A stretch of 64,000 nucleotides of DNA. It comes from a virus. The notes under the pieces are model-generated. The model made no database searches, had not been told where the DNA came from, and was given only the letters and a program-made list of their open reading frames with translations. Location: the IMG/VR virus record IMGVR_UViG_3300037087_000150, positions 1-64,000 of that record. One strand, written 5' to 3'. Both the position numbers and the translations under genes were made by a program. Position 1 is the stretch's first letter, and every line of letters starts with the position of its first letter. Below, one piece after another: positions 1 through 9,640 of this stretch.

Positions 1-127
1 TAATTTTGTATTGTCATGAATTGGGTCAATACTATTAATGTACCAAACACCACCATCTTCGGTCATTACTCTTTTTCCAACAATGTTTTCATGTGTTAAA
101 CTATTTTTTTCAAAATAATATCTAAGA
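1..127. repeat. Exact direct repeat, copy 1 (copy 2 at 674-800)
   Basis: 1-127 identical to 674-800; both encode LRYYFEKNSLTHENIVGKRVMTEDGGVWYINSIDPIHDNTKL. Confidence 0.95.
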
Positions 128-255
128 TTGAAATATTCATTTTGACTAACTTCGTTGTTATAAGTAAAATCTTTAATTTCTCTGGCCAAATTATGAAGAT
201 CATTCATAGAATGATAAGTTGATTTTTCTAAAAATTTTTTATAAGTCAATATCAT
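1..255 (-). CDS. Partial hypothetical protein with capsid-targeting-like N-terminus (MILTYKKFLE); runs off the window
   Basis: ATG at 255 on minus strand, open to window edge; shares a 127-bp exact repeat with the neighbouring gene. Confidence 0.75.
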   Translation of the reverse strand, partial: MILTYKKFLEKSTYHSMNDLHNLAREIKDFTYNNEVSQNEYFNLRYYFEKNSLTHENIVGKRVMTEDGGVWYINSIDPIHDNTKL

Positions 256-274
256 TTGTCTTATTTTTCTTTTT

Positions 275-862
275 TTATAATTTTGTATATAAACCAGTAT
301 TCGTTTCAAAGCTGTTTACCAACATATCATTATATATATTATTTTCTGTTTTTACAATTGTATATTTATCCCCATAAATTTTACCATATTCAATATCATA
401 GGTGTCCATTGAATTCAATGTAATTTTTACATAATTAATTCCATTCTTCGATCTTGGTATTCTAAATCTTAAAGAATCTTTATCTGATACAAAATGTTTA
501 GCTCCCGTTATATAAGCAAATTTACCACCACCTAATTGATTATAAATTTCTTTGGCAACAAATTGGTCTGATTCCTTTACGAAATCAACATCATCTGGGA
601 CATATAGATCTCGTGTGTGTAGGTAGCGACCGAATTCTGATTCAGGTCTTTTACTACAAAATATCTGGGTTGGTAATTTTGTATTGTCATGAATTGGGTC
701 AATACTATTAATGTACCAAACACCACCATCTTCGGTCATTACTCTTTTTCCAACAATGTTTTCATGTGTTAAACTATTTTTTTCAAAATAATATCTAAGA
801 GATGTACCAACTTTACCGACCTTGGAATCCTCATTTATAAAATTTTCAAATTTGGTTATCAT
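275..862 (-). CDS. Putative virion internal protein (MITKFENFINE leader)
   Basis: 195-aa ORF; T4 CTS-like N-terminus; two-domain appearance. Confidence 0.7.
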   Translation of the reverse strand: MITKFENFINEDSKVGKVGTSLRYYFEKNSLTHENIVGKRVMTEDGGVWYINSIDPIHDNTKLPTQIFCSKRPESEFGRYLHTRDLYVPDDVDFVKESDQFVAKEIYNQLGGGKFAYITGAKHFVSDKDSLRFRIPRSKNGINYVKITLNSMDTYDIEYGKIYGDKYTIVKTENNIYNDMLVNSFETNTGLYTKL

Positions 863-877
863 AATCGAATTTTATTT

Positions 878-1075
878 TTATACAGATTTTTCAAGAAGTC
901 TTATCAATACTTCTAATACATATTGAGCTTTATAAGTCATCTCACTCTTAACTGTTTCAACTCTTTTATTTATTTCAGTTTCTACAATTTTACCAACTTG
1001 TTCGGCAATCTCATCCAATTCTGGATATTTTGAAGATTTATTTTCATTCAGTGAAAATTCCTTTATATGTTTCAT
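878..1075 (-). CDS. Small putative virion internal protein (MKHIKEFSLNE)
   Basis: 65-aa ORF directly behind a TTAATATATA motif. Confidence 0.7.
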   Translation of the reverse strand: MKHIKEFSLNENKSSKYPELDEIAEQVGKIVETEINKRVETVKSEMTYKAQYVLEVLIRLLEKSV

Positions 1076-1094
1076 ATCGAAATCTTTTTTCAGG

Positions 1095-1104
1095 TATATA
1101 TTAA
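1095..1104 (-). promoter_or_regulatory. Late-type promoter motif TTAATATATA
   Basis: Motif recurs shortly upstream of structural and CTS-bearing genes throughout the window. Confidence 0.7.
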
Positions 1105-1112
1105 AATAAAAA

Positions 1113-1138
1113 ACCAGTTCACATTACTATGAACTGGT
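1113..1138 (-). terminator. Intrinsic terminator after the polymerase gene
   Basis: ACCAGTTCA...TGAACTGGT hairpin followed by a T-run on the minus strand. Confidence 0.65.
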
Positions 1139-1165
1139 AAAAAAAATGAGTAATGAAAAATGAAA

Positions 1166-2857
1166 TTAAATTTCTTCTAAATCAATATTCCAATCATTAT
1201 CTTTTTCATAATCTGGTTCTGATAATATAGTTGGATTATACTCAGTTTTTTGTTCTAATTTAAATCCAAATAATGAGTTGAGAACAGATATTCTTTTGTT
1301 GATTAATGGGAGATCTAAGGCCCTCATGAAATCATTAGCAATACTTAATACAGTCTTATCAAATTGAACTTCATAATCAAGTAAAACTCTTTCTTTTTCT
1401 ACGATTTCAGTTGGATGTGAACCCCTCATATAAGCAAACACATTATTTAATGGATGTTTACAATAGTAATATTTTACCCTACCATCCTTAATCATATCAT
1501 ATTTGGTCTTATATTCGGAATTCTTATTCAATAAATAGTTGTGTAAAGCAGCGGCCTTTAAACTGAAATTAGACGCTAATTTAACTTCAACTCCAGTTGT
1601 ATCATTAAGAACCTTTTCTTCGTACCCTGTAACACTGGTTGTCATACTGATGTCCTCTATATCACTCATTTCGAATTCTTTTCTTAGATCCTTTACAATT
1701 TTCAAGCATTCTTGAATATTCAAATTTTCAGCATTATCAAAAATATTACGAATAAATTCCCAAATACCCCCAGATTGTTTATGACCTCTTACAAAAGGTG
1801 GAGTTGAACTTCTAACGATTTTAATACCTGTCGGAGAAAAGTGAGACATGGTATCATGATAAACACCATCTTCCCAAATTACATCTTTTAAATAATGTTT
1901 CTTTTCAAAGAAAAGGATTGATTTGCTGATGGTTTCCAATTCGAAATCTTGTTTATTCTTAACCTGATATTTTTCACCGTATTTAATTAATAACTTATTG
2001 AAAATTTTTTTCATCAATACCTTATCCATATGAAGAATAAATTCTATGGGATTTCCGTCATATCCAATTGATTTCATTATCGGTTCATAACTAAAATACA
2101 TGGAATCTGTATCCTGATAACGGACACAAGGATTGTTACCATTATAAAGTTTATATCCTGTTTCTTCTTCTCTTTCCCAACTTGGATTCAGATCCAATGG
2201 ACTTACCTCAGTGATTTCAAAAATTTTATAATCATATAATATTTCATAATTTGGTAGATTTTCCGTATCTAAATGTTCTTTTAATCTATCCATACCAATT
2301 CTTCTGGTCATTAAAATATCGTTAATTTTATTACCTGTATTGATTTCTGAATATCCTTTATCTGTTTTATTATAATTACGATCTAAAAAATAATATAATC
2401 CATCACTCTTTCCCTTTGCTACATATTCCAAACCCAAAAGATTCTGAGCGTTTTTATCCTTATGCCAATAGTTATAAAAGTAATTATCAACACTCGATGC
2501 CATATAGTTAATAAGATTTCTTCCCATAACTGTAATAGCATTGGCTATTTTTGAATTTGATAAAACGAAATATTGATTGGCGAAAGCACCATATGTAGCG
2601 TTTAATACGATCTTCAAAGATGATTGATAAGCTTTATTGAAGTCATAACTGGATTCTGTTTCGCTTATCTTTTTACGAATTTCTAATATTCTTTTTATTT
2701 TTTCAATTTTCTCTTTGGGTTCTTCTTGATCTGGTTTAACTGTTAAAGCTTTTTCGTAAGCACGGAGAGATTCTTCAAATTCTTTGTTCTTAATGTGTTC
2801 CTCAGCCCTTTTAATGGCTTTATTATATTCGATATTAATTGTGGCTACATCTGGCAT
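1166..2857 (-). CDS. Family B DNA polymerase, C-terminal subunit (split gp43-like)
   Basis: Motif B KIVLNATYG, motif C YQDTDS, KKHY, GIKIVRSSTP; no exonuclease domain or motif A; TPR-like N-terminus. Confidence 0.9.
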   Translation of the reverse strand: MPDVATINIEYNKAIKRAEEHIKNKEFEESLRAYEKALTVKPDQEEPKEKIEKIKRILEIRKKISETESSYDFNKAYQSSLKIVLNATYGAFANQYFVLSNSKIANAITVMGRNLINYMASSVDNYFYNYWHKDKNAQNLLGLEYVAKGKSDGLYYFLDRNYNKTDKGYSEINTGNKINDILMTRRIGMDRLKEHLDTENLPNYEILYDYKIFEITEVSPLDLNPSWEREEETGYKLYNGNNPCVRYQDTDSMYFSYEPIMKSIGYDGNPIEFILHMDKVLMKKIFNKLLIKYGEKYQVKNKQDFELETISKSILFFEKKHYLKDVIWEDGVYHDTMSHFSPTGIKIVRSSTPPFVRGHKQSGGIWEFIRNIFDNAENLNIQECLKIVKDLRKEFEMSDIEDISMTTSVTGYEEKVLNDTTGVEVKLASNFSLKAAALHNYLLNKNSEYKTKYDMIKDGRVKYYYCKHPLNNVFAYMRGSHPTEIVEKERVLLDYEVQFDKTVLSIANDFMRALDLPLINKRISVLNSLFGFKLEQKTEYNPTILSEPDYEKDNDWNIDLEEI

Positions 2858-2875
2858 TCAATATGGTTATTCTTT

Positions 2876-3190
2876 TTATTCTAAGTTATTCAAGGTTGTT
2901 TTTAATTGTTCATCAGATAACTTATCCTCGGCTTTTTCTATCGTTTTTTCCCAGAGTTGTTTTCTATTTCTTAATTTATGTTTAAAACGATGAGTTGCTG
3001 TTAATAACCCAACACATACTTGAAAATTAAAACTCCCATCATTAACGAATTTCTCAATGAATTTGTCTATTTCTTTATATTTTTTTTCAGCCGTAATTCC
3101 CCTTTCCAATAAAAAATCATTGATTTCTTTATAAATATATTCGAGGGATTCGGACTTACTTTTTTGCTTTAGAATATTCAAATCTATCAT
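2876..3190 (-). CDS. Hypothetical protein
   Basis: 104-aa ORF co-oriented with the polymerase gene. Confidence 0.65.
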   Translation of the reverse strand: MIDLNILKQKSKSESLEYIYKEINDFLLERGITAEKKYKEIDKFIEKFVNDGSFNFQVCVGLLTATHRFKHKLRNRKQLWEKTIEKAEDKLSDEQLKTTLNNLE

Positions 3191-3246
3191 AACCTTAGAT
3201 TAATTTTATAAATGATAACATCAAAAACCGAAATTGTTTTAAAAAT

Positions 3247-3256
3247 TTAATATATA
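3247..3256 (+). promoter_or_regulatory. Late-type promoter motif TTAATATATA
   Basis: Exact motif upstream of ATG 3280. Confidence 0.7.
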
Positions 3257-3279
3257 CAAGAAAATAAAGGTATAAATCA

Positions 3280-4035
3280 ATGAAATATTTAAAACTTTTT
3301 GAGGATTTTATTTCAGAAAAAACATTAGCATCACAAGAACGAGTACTCGATGTGGTGAAATCACCAGAAGATGATTATAACGAAGTTTATGCTGAAATTG
3401 AAATGAGAATGAGGCCAAGTGATGATTCTCTTCCTTACAATGAATTAGAAGATATTTGTATAAATTCTCTACAAAAAGAACCAGACGAAGAATCAATGGC
3501 ATATGTTGTGAATGTAATGCATGATTATTTGAAAAAAAGAGATGAGGGGGCCAAGGATGAATTATCCGATTCGGTAAAAGATTGTATAAAGTTCTTTAAA
3601 GAAGATGATGGTGATCATAAACATATAACAGATGTAGATGAATTAAAATTTGAAGAATTTTATGATTGGTTTACAAAAGGTGGATGGGTTGATGATATGA
3701 TAAAAAGTTATTCAAAAAAACAAATCAGAAAAGAATTCGATAAACAGACAAAAGATCCTGACCAAATGAAATTAGCTCTTAAAGAGGATATCGTAAATGA
3801 TAATGGTGATAGTCAAGAAGAAGAAATAGAACCAGATTATGATAATGATTGTTTCATTGAATGTACTGGATCAAAATTTAATGTTTCTTGTTTTGGTAAA
3901 CACATCGGAGTATTTGTTGAACAAGAAGATGCTGATGCTGCTATCAAAAATTGTCTTAGAGGTTCACCAAATTTTTCCCCTTCTATTTGGTTTGTTTCAG
4001 ATCATGGAAATATTAGTTCTTACACATTAGATTAA
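3280..4035 (+). CDS. Acidic putative virion internal protein (MKYLKLFEDFISE)
   Basis: 251-aa ORF, CTS-like N-terminus, late motif upstream. Confidence 0.7.
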   Translation: MKYLKLFEDFISEKTLASQERVLDVVKSPEDDYNEVYAEIEMRMRPSDDSLPYNELEDICINSLQKEPDEESMAYVVNVMHDYLKKRDEGAKDELSDSVKDCIKFFKEDDGDHKHITDVDELKFEEFYDWFTKGGWVDDMIKSYSKKQIRKEFDKQTKDPDQMKLALKEDIVNDNGDSQEEEIEPDYDNDCFIECTGSKFNVSCFGKHIGVFVEQEDADAAIKNCLRGSPNFSPSIWFVSDHGNISSYTLD

Positions 4036-4063
4036 TTCTAACTAAAAATAAAATAAAATAAAT

Positions 4064-4348
4064 ATGAAATACATAAAAGACTTTCAATTAAACGAAGATT
4101 CTCATTTTGAAAAAAGAAAAAGAACTAAGGATCTTTTTGTAGTAAAAGTAGAATTAGTTGTACCTATTCCAGTGGGATCACCAGATGGATATTTAGAAGA
4201 TGCTATAAGTGAGATGTTATCCGAAAATCTACAACTCAACGACGCGATTGTAGACTGGCAATATTCAGGTGGAAAATTTCCTGATCAACCAGAGAAATAT
4301 AGGACAATGGATATAAGTGAATATGAAGAGGGAGAAGCTTTTTCTTAA
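4064..4348 (+). CDS. Putative virion internal protein (MKYIKDFQLNE)
   Basis: 94-aa ORF with CTS-like N-terminus. Confidence 0.7.
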   Translation: MKYIKDFQLNEDSHFEKRKRTKDLFVVKVELVVPIPVGSPDGYLEDAISEMLSENLQLNDAIVDWQYSGGKFPDQPEKYRTMDISEYEEGEAFS

Positions 4349-4352
4349 TCTC

Positions 4353-5306
4353 TTATAGAGTTACTGGTAATGAACCCTTAGAAAACAACAGACACTTCGT
4401 TTTGGCCTCGTTTATTTCAACCATTTTTTCATGGTTTTCTTTCGTATTCCCAACAATATCTGGATGATATTTCATGGCGAGTTGTTTGTAAGCCTTTTTG
4501 ATTATATCTTCATCCTTTGTTGGTTTAATTCCAAGTCTTTCAAAATAAACCAACATAGAAATAGTTTTTTGCATATTTTCAAAAACCTTTTTCTTAAATT
4601 CTTCATACCAGAAAAAGTTAAAGAAACTATTATTGAAAAAAGTATCTCTTTTGGATTCTTTTTCGGAATTTATTTTTCGAACAGAACGAAGTTTATTCTC
4701 TGACCAATCCATAAACCTTTCACAAGCCACCCTTTCTACATAATAAAGTTCGAAATTCAAAAGTTCCTTACATATTTTGATAATATCTTCAAGAAAACCT
4801 TCGGTTGGAGAATTAGTTAATCTTTCGTCCTTTCTTCCCCAAGAGATTTCCCAAGGATAATTCACCTCATCATTTTCTATGGGTTTAGGTATCCTCCAAA
4901 ATTTTTTGTAAGATCCAACTTCATCTTTAATGATGTCACCCATTGACAAAGTTTCAAACATATAACGATAAAGATGAACATAATCCATATCCTTGATCTT
5001 TTCCATATCCTCTTTAATTTGTGGAAAGAAATCAAAAAGGACAACAGGAATGTATTCATCCTGAAATTTATCCCAAATATGTTCTGGGTAACTGATAGGA
5101 CATTTATTGAAAATAGATTCGAATTTTTCCCTGAAAGTATGAACAGTTTCCCAGAATTTTGATTCTGTGAACTCAGAAACGACTTCTGATTTAATTTCAA
5201 CATTTGATTGAAAATCGAAATAGAAATCCATGAGGAACGGTTCATGAGAAGCAATGGGAAACCCGTTTTTCAAGTCATACTTTTTAATGTATTCGGAAGT
5301 TCTCAT
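4353..5306 (-). CDS. J-domain (DnaJ-like) protein with C-terminal J domain
   Basis: IKKAYKQLAMKYHPD...MVEINEA near the C-terminus. Confidence 0.85.
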   Translation of the reverse strand: MRTSEYIKKYDLKNGFPIASHEPFLMDFYFDFQSNVEIKSEVVSEFTESKFWETVHTFREKFESIFNKCPISYPEHIWDKFQDEYIPVVLFDFFPQIKEDMEKIKDMDYVHLYRYMFETLSMGDIIKDEVGSYKKFWRIPKPIENDEVNYPWEISWGRKDERLTNSPTEGFLEDIIKICKELLNFELYYVERVACERFMDWSENKLRSVRKINSEKESKRDTFFNNSFFNFFWYEEFKKKVFENMQKTISMLVYFERLGIKPTKDEDIIKKAYKQLAMKYHPDIVGNTKENHEKMVEINEAKTKCLLFSKGSLPVTL

Positions 5307-5329
5307 ATGATTTTATAGATTTGACGATA

Positions 5330-5337
5330 CAAAGATA
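5330..5337 (-). promoter_or_regulatory. Bacteroidota-type -7 promoter box TATCTTTG
   Basis: Matches TAnnTTTG; near-identical context at 43728-43748. Confidence 0.7.
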
Positions 5338-5361
5338 CATAGTTTTGAGGAAATAAAAAAA

Positions 5362-5802
5362 TTATCCGTTATCACATTTGTAATTTCTCGACCAATAAAC
5401 TTGATCCTTATCCCACCCGTCTCTTAATTGTTTTTTCTTAAGTTCATGAACACTATGGTAATATATTCTTTTCTTCCAATACCAATACCAGAATTCATTT
5501 CTTTGATCGTTATTGTGAATCTTTCTTCTAAATATACAAATTGGATCTTGATCGAATTGTGTTGCTGTTATATCAACTAAATACCCATTACAGATAATAA
5601 AACAATGACAACACATTTCTGAATCGTTATCAACTTCAACTATAATTGGATGAAATCCATTTTTAGATAATTCTTTAAATAAACGACCAGAAGCGATTGA
5701 ACAACAACCCTCCAATGTATCTGGAAATCTGCTCTTATATTTTTTTAAACATGATTTCCTTACTTTTTCGGCTATTTCTCGAATTTTCTCTTTTGAATCC
5801 AT
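5362..5802 (-). CDS. Transglutaminase/papain-like fold protein (putative)
   Basis: GCCSIAS...HCF...VDITATQF gives Cys-His-Asp spacing; TAACTTTG promoter box at 5822-5829. Confidence 0.55.
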   Translation of the reverse strand: MDSKEKIREIAEKVRKSCLKKYKSRFPDTLEGCCSIASGRLFKELSKNGFHPIIVEVDNDSEMCCHCFIICNGYLVDITATQFDQDPICIFRRKIHNNDQRNEFWYWYWKKRIYYHSVHELKKKQLRDGWDKDQVYWSRNYKCDNG

Positions 5803-5884
5803 TGTATTAATTTACCGACCACAAAGTTATGAAAGTTCTTGGAGATAAAAAAATTAATATATAACTAAAAAGAAACAAAAACGA

Positions 5885-6559
5885 ATGAGAATATCATCAC
5901 AGAACTCACAATTCATATTTCAATTTCCAGTTGATTTCATTTCAGCTAGATTATATGCTAAATTTCAGGACTTCTTGGATAGTAGACATACACAATATGA
6001 TAATGTATTAGATTATTTGAATTCAACAATCAAAGAAATCGTTTTTCCATCAATTAGTTACGAAAATGTAGAACAAAGAATAAAGTATGGTAAAAAGCAG
6101 CCGTGGAGACCGTCCATTAACATCTTGGATACATTTCAACAGGAATTAGATATAACTTTTCGTTCAGTGGATTCTCATACCAATTATTTTATGATACTGG
6201 AAATTCTTCAAGAATTTTATCAAACAGCTAAACGAACTTGGATTCCATATTTTTCCTTACACATATTGGATAAAAACGGGGATTTAATATACACGGTCAT
6301 ATTTAAAAACAATCTATTAAAAACATTGTCTGAAAACAGACTTACATATCAGAATCAGGATTTTTCCGAAAAACAATTTACTATGACATTCAGATTCAGT
6401 TATTTGGATATATTATATGAAATCAAAGGAAGTAACTTGGATGAAAGTAAGAGTATATTTGATCTACCAATTGATGATATCAAGAGTCCAGATGTGGATT
6501 CACACAATCAAATTATGGATTCACAGATGTTTAAAAAAAGACCTAACCCTAATTTATAA
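5885..6559 (+). CDS. Probable tail tube-related structural protein
   Basis: Late motif at 5854-5863; sequence pattern (FPSISY...ELDITF...MTFRFSY) resembles tube/terminator proteins; specific identity is inference. Confidence 0.45.
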   Translation: MRISSQNSQFIFQFPVDFISARLYAKFQDFLDSRHTQYDNVLDYLNSTIKEIVFPSISYENVEQRIKYGKKQPWRPSINILDTFQQELDITFRSVDSHTNYFMILEILQEFYQTAKRTWIPYFSLHILDKNGDLIYTVIFKNNLLKTLSENRLTYQNQDFSEKQFTMTFRFSYLDILYEIKGSNLDESKSIFDLPIDDIKSPDVDSHNQIMDSQMFKKRPNPNL

Positions 6560-6604
6560 ATTTCAAAATAGAAATTAATATATACTAAAAACAAAGTCAT
6601 CAAA

Positions 6605-7594
6605 ATGAAAAATATATCATCATTCAACGAATTTACAAATGAAAATGGTCCTTTTAATGACGAGGGTGAACCATTAATGACCCATCAACAATATCGTGAT
6701 TATAGTGAACCTTCAGAACCAGAAATTGATGATTTTCCTAAACATGGGAATAGTTGGAATAATGATCCAGTACTTTCACATTTCAACGAAATAGATTGGA
6801 GAGAAGTATATGATATGTTAAAAGAAAATACAATAGAGCCGGGAAAATATCATATTAATGAATTTAGTGAAGAAAACCCAGAAGAACGTCCTATGATACC
6901 CTATAATGACTTGAGATTTTTGGCTGATGCTAGTGTTATTTGGATCGGTGATGATCAATGTCCTATGTTTGATGTACCCAACGATGATATTCCTGATTAT
7001 AATACTTTTATGGATTCTGTAAAAAAAGCCAGAAATGAATTAAATAGTGGAACATATAAACAAAATTTCAACATAGAACCTAACCCAGAGAGAGGTATGT
7101 TTGGAGAAAAGAGAAATTTAAAGGACTTTTCTACATTTACAAATGAAAATATAAATAGTAGAGAAAATAGTCTGAAATATGTTATGATCAATCAATATGG
7201 ATATAGTGAAAAAGAATATAAAGAAAAATTCTCAGATTATAAGCATTACATAAGAAAAATGGAAGGAAGTGGTCATGACAACGATTATATAGCTCGAGAA
7301 CTTGATGAATTAGAGTATGGTGTAGAATTTAGAGATATGACTACAGCTATTCATAATGTCATTTATACCAAAAATAAAGAAAATGCAATAACTATTCTTG
7401 ATTTATTAGAACAAATAGAAAAATGTGAGGATGAGGGAAAATGTGAATTTTTATGGGATGAAATTAATAAATTCGATACTGAAACTCATGAAATAGACTT
7501 CCGCAGAACCATTGAAATAGATAAAAAAAGATATGTGGATGATGAAGGTTGTATGATTATAAATTGGCTAATTCCTGATATCTGGGGGGCTTAA
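6605..7594 (+). CDS. Putative virion internal protein with N-terminal and internal CTS-like motifs
   Basis: MKNISSFNEFTNE start, internal KRNLKDFSTFTNE; late motif at 6575-6584. Confidence 0.7.
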   Translation: MKNISSFNEFTNENGPFNDEGEPLMTHQQYRDYSEPSEPEIDDFPKHGNSWNNDPVLSHFNEIDWREVYDMLKENTIEPGKYHINEFSEENPEERPMIPYNDLRFLADASVIWIGDDQCPMFDVPNDDIPDYNTFMDSVKKARNELNSGTYKQNFNIEPNPERGMFGEKRNLKDFSTFTNENINSRENSLKYVMINQYGYSEKEYKEKFSDYKHYIRKMEGSGHDNDYIARELDELEYGVEFRDMTTAIHNVIYTKNKENAITILDLLEQIEKCEDEGKCEFLWDEINKFDTETHEIDFRRTIEIDKKRYVDDEGCMIINWLIPDIWGA

Positions 7595-7715
7595 TTTTAT
7601 TTTTTAAACTTTTCAAATTAGATTTCTTAAAATGATATGAAAGTATCGAAAGGTATTCCGACCACCGATTGATATTTGGAAATTAATTTATGTTTAACAC
7701 TTAATACACTTTAAC

Positions 7716-8879
7716 ATGATGACTGAATTAGTCGTAGGACAAAACATCGGATCTTTACCAGATATTTTCGATGAACTGGTAAATGACAACAAAAAAATCT
7801 TAAAGTACAAATCAAAAGATTTATCATCAATATCACTTAATGATGATTATTTGTTCTTTTTGAAAAAAATCGAAGGAGAAAAAAACATTGACCATCTTAA
7901 TGTTGGTGATGTTGTAGAGGGAAATGTCGTTGAAATAAACAAGAAGGATGTCATTATAGACATTTTTTACAAAGACAATGTTTATGTTGACTTGAAAACC
8001 TTGGACTCTGACCTCATAGAAACCTTAAAAATCGGAAAACCGATTTCTGTTATGATTACTGAGATTAATGACGATCCTTATTATATAAGAGGGTCAGTCA
8101 GTGAAATCATAAAAATGAATGTTTCTAACAAAGTAAAAGAATACTTTACCGAAAACAATTTCTTTTACGCAACTGTTACTGAACTTATTCCAGCTGGATT
8201 TATGTTGAATATGGAAGTGGACAATTCAACAGTGAAAGCTTTTATGCCAAATACATTGGCTTGGGTGAATAAATTATTAGACATTAACAGTCTTTTAGGT
8301 AAAAGAATTGAAGTTATGATTGAAACATTAGAACAGGATAAAGGAATTTATGTTGTCAGTCATAAAAAGTACTTAGAAAGTTTAATTCCATCTCAGATCA
8401 AAAAATTAAAAGCTGAATGGGTTAAAAACAAACTAAATCCTTATATCGGTTTCATAACTGGAACAACTGATTTTGGAGCATTTGTCGAATTTTATGGATT
8501 CTTGACAGGTATGATTCACAGGTTTAATGTGAATGAAGAATGGCAGAACGATGAAAAATGGTCAACTATGAAACCCGGTATGGGAGTAAATTTCTACATT
8601 AAGGATATCATTGTACCGAAAAATAAAATTATCTTAACTCAGATTTTAAGAAAATCTCTTTGGGATTCAATCAAAGTCGGTCAGATTATTAATGGTAAGG
8701 TCATTGCAATCAAAAGTTTCGGAGCTCTAATTCAATTAGATGAAGAAACAAATGGTTTGATTCAATCCAACATCTTAACTAAACATAAAGTGGAACTAAA
8801 AGTCGGGGATACTATCGAAGTAAAAGTTCTCAGTTTAATGAAAGATGATAGAAAAATTAATTTGGGGTTAAACAAATGA
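7716..8879 (+). CDS. rpsA: Ribosomal protein S1-like protein (about 4 S1 domains)
   Basis: Repeated S1 motifs: VGDVVEGNV, FGAFVEF..LTGMIH, VGQIINGKV..FGALIQL..VGDTIEVKV. Confidence 0.85.
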   Translation: MMTELVVGQNIGSLPDIFDELVNDNKKILKYKSKDLSSISLNDDYLFFLKKIEGEKNIDHLNVGDVVEGNVVEINKKDVIIDIFYKDNVYVDLKTLDSDLIETLKIGKPISVMITEINDDPYYIRGSVSEIIKMNVSNKVKEYFTENNFFYATVTELIPAGFMLNMEVDNSTVKAFMPNTLAWVNKLLDINSLLGKRIEVMIETLEQDKGIYVVSHKKYLESLIPSQIKKLKAEWVKNKLNPYIGFITGTTDFGAFVEFYGFLTGMIHRFNVNEEWQNDEKWSTMKPGMGVNFYIKDIIVPKNKIILTQILRKSLWDSIKVGQIINGKVIAIKSFGALIQLDEETNGLIQSNILTKHKVELKVGDTIEVKVLSLMKDDRKINLGLNK

Positions 8880-9017
8880 TTATTTTAGAATTCATTGGAT
8901 GTGTTTCTCTTTTCATTGGTATCATGTTTTTATTAGCTTGGTCATTTTCAAAAGAGGGAAATATTGACAATTGGTAAAATTGTCTAAAACAACCCAAAAA
9001 ATTTAATATATAATTAT

Positions 9018-9064
9018 TGGTGGTGGCACACAAATTTCAAAAATGTGCCATCACCATTTTTTTT
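9018..9064 (+). terminator. Strong hairpin plus T-run
   Basis: TGGTGGTGGCACA...TGTGCCATCACCA followed by a T-run. Confidence 0.75.
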
Positions 9065-9079
9065 ATACAGATATATTTG

Positions 9080-9087
9080 TATCTTTG
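9080..9087 (+). promoter_or_regulatory. Bacteroidota-type -7 box TATCTTTG
   Basis: TAnnTTTG with an upstream T-tract; same class at 11278, 13079, 17596, 26083, 49759, 50629, 62141 (+) and 18819, 43740 (-). Confidence 0.7.
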
Positions 9088-9113
9088 TAAATTAACTAAA
9101 ATAATATTATGAG

Positions 9114-9629
9114 ATGAAAAACTTTAAGCTTTTCGGGGGTAAAGAAATTGAAAATTTGGGTGAATACCTTCGGAACTATTATGCAAAAAACCCAAAAGTA
9201 AAATTCTATGTTGGTACTGACTCCTTACAGAATGGTAAATTTACCAAATATGTAACCACTGTATGTATGCTTCATCCAGAACATATTGATGAAAAAGGTA
9301 TGTTCCATTACAGTGCCGGTGTTCATGTGGTCTATCATCGTGAAAATGTCAAACGAATAAGAGATGTTTTCTCTCGTTTATGGCATGAAACAGAACTTAC
9401 TTTTGAAATTGCACAATATGTACATGAGGCTTTAAAGGATGTTTGGGTTGGTCCACTTCACAATGAAAAAGTTCCAATCGTTCATCTCGACCTTAGTGAC
9501 CAACCAAGATATAAGTCACATCAGGTTCATGATGTATCAATGGGATATGTTAAAGGACAAGGTTTCGAAGTCCACTGCAAGCCAGATGCTTGGTGTGCAA
9601 CATATGCCAGTGATTGGCTATGTCATTAG
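9114..9629 (+). CDS. RNase H-like YkuK family protein
   Basis: FYVGTDS, RLWHET, VHLDL, KPDAWCATYASD motifs; ends in TAG. Confidence 0.8.
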   Translation: MKNFKLFGGKEIENLGEYLRNYYAKNPKVKFYVGTDSLQNGKFTKYVTTVCMLHPEHIDEKGMFHYSAGVHVVYHRENVKRIRDVFSRLWHETELTFEIAQYVHEALKDVWVGPLHNEKVPIVHLDLSDQPRYKSHQVHDVSMGYVKGQGFEVHCKPDAWCATYASDWLCH

Positions 9630-9640
9630 AATACATAAAT

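Noticed and set aside
1166-2857. Intein or intron in the polymerase
   Set aside because: No intein terminal residues or homing nuclease motifs are visible at the insertion or at the split point
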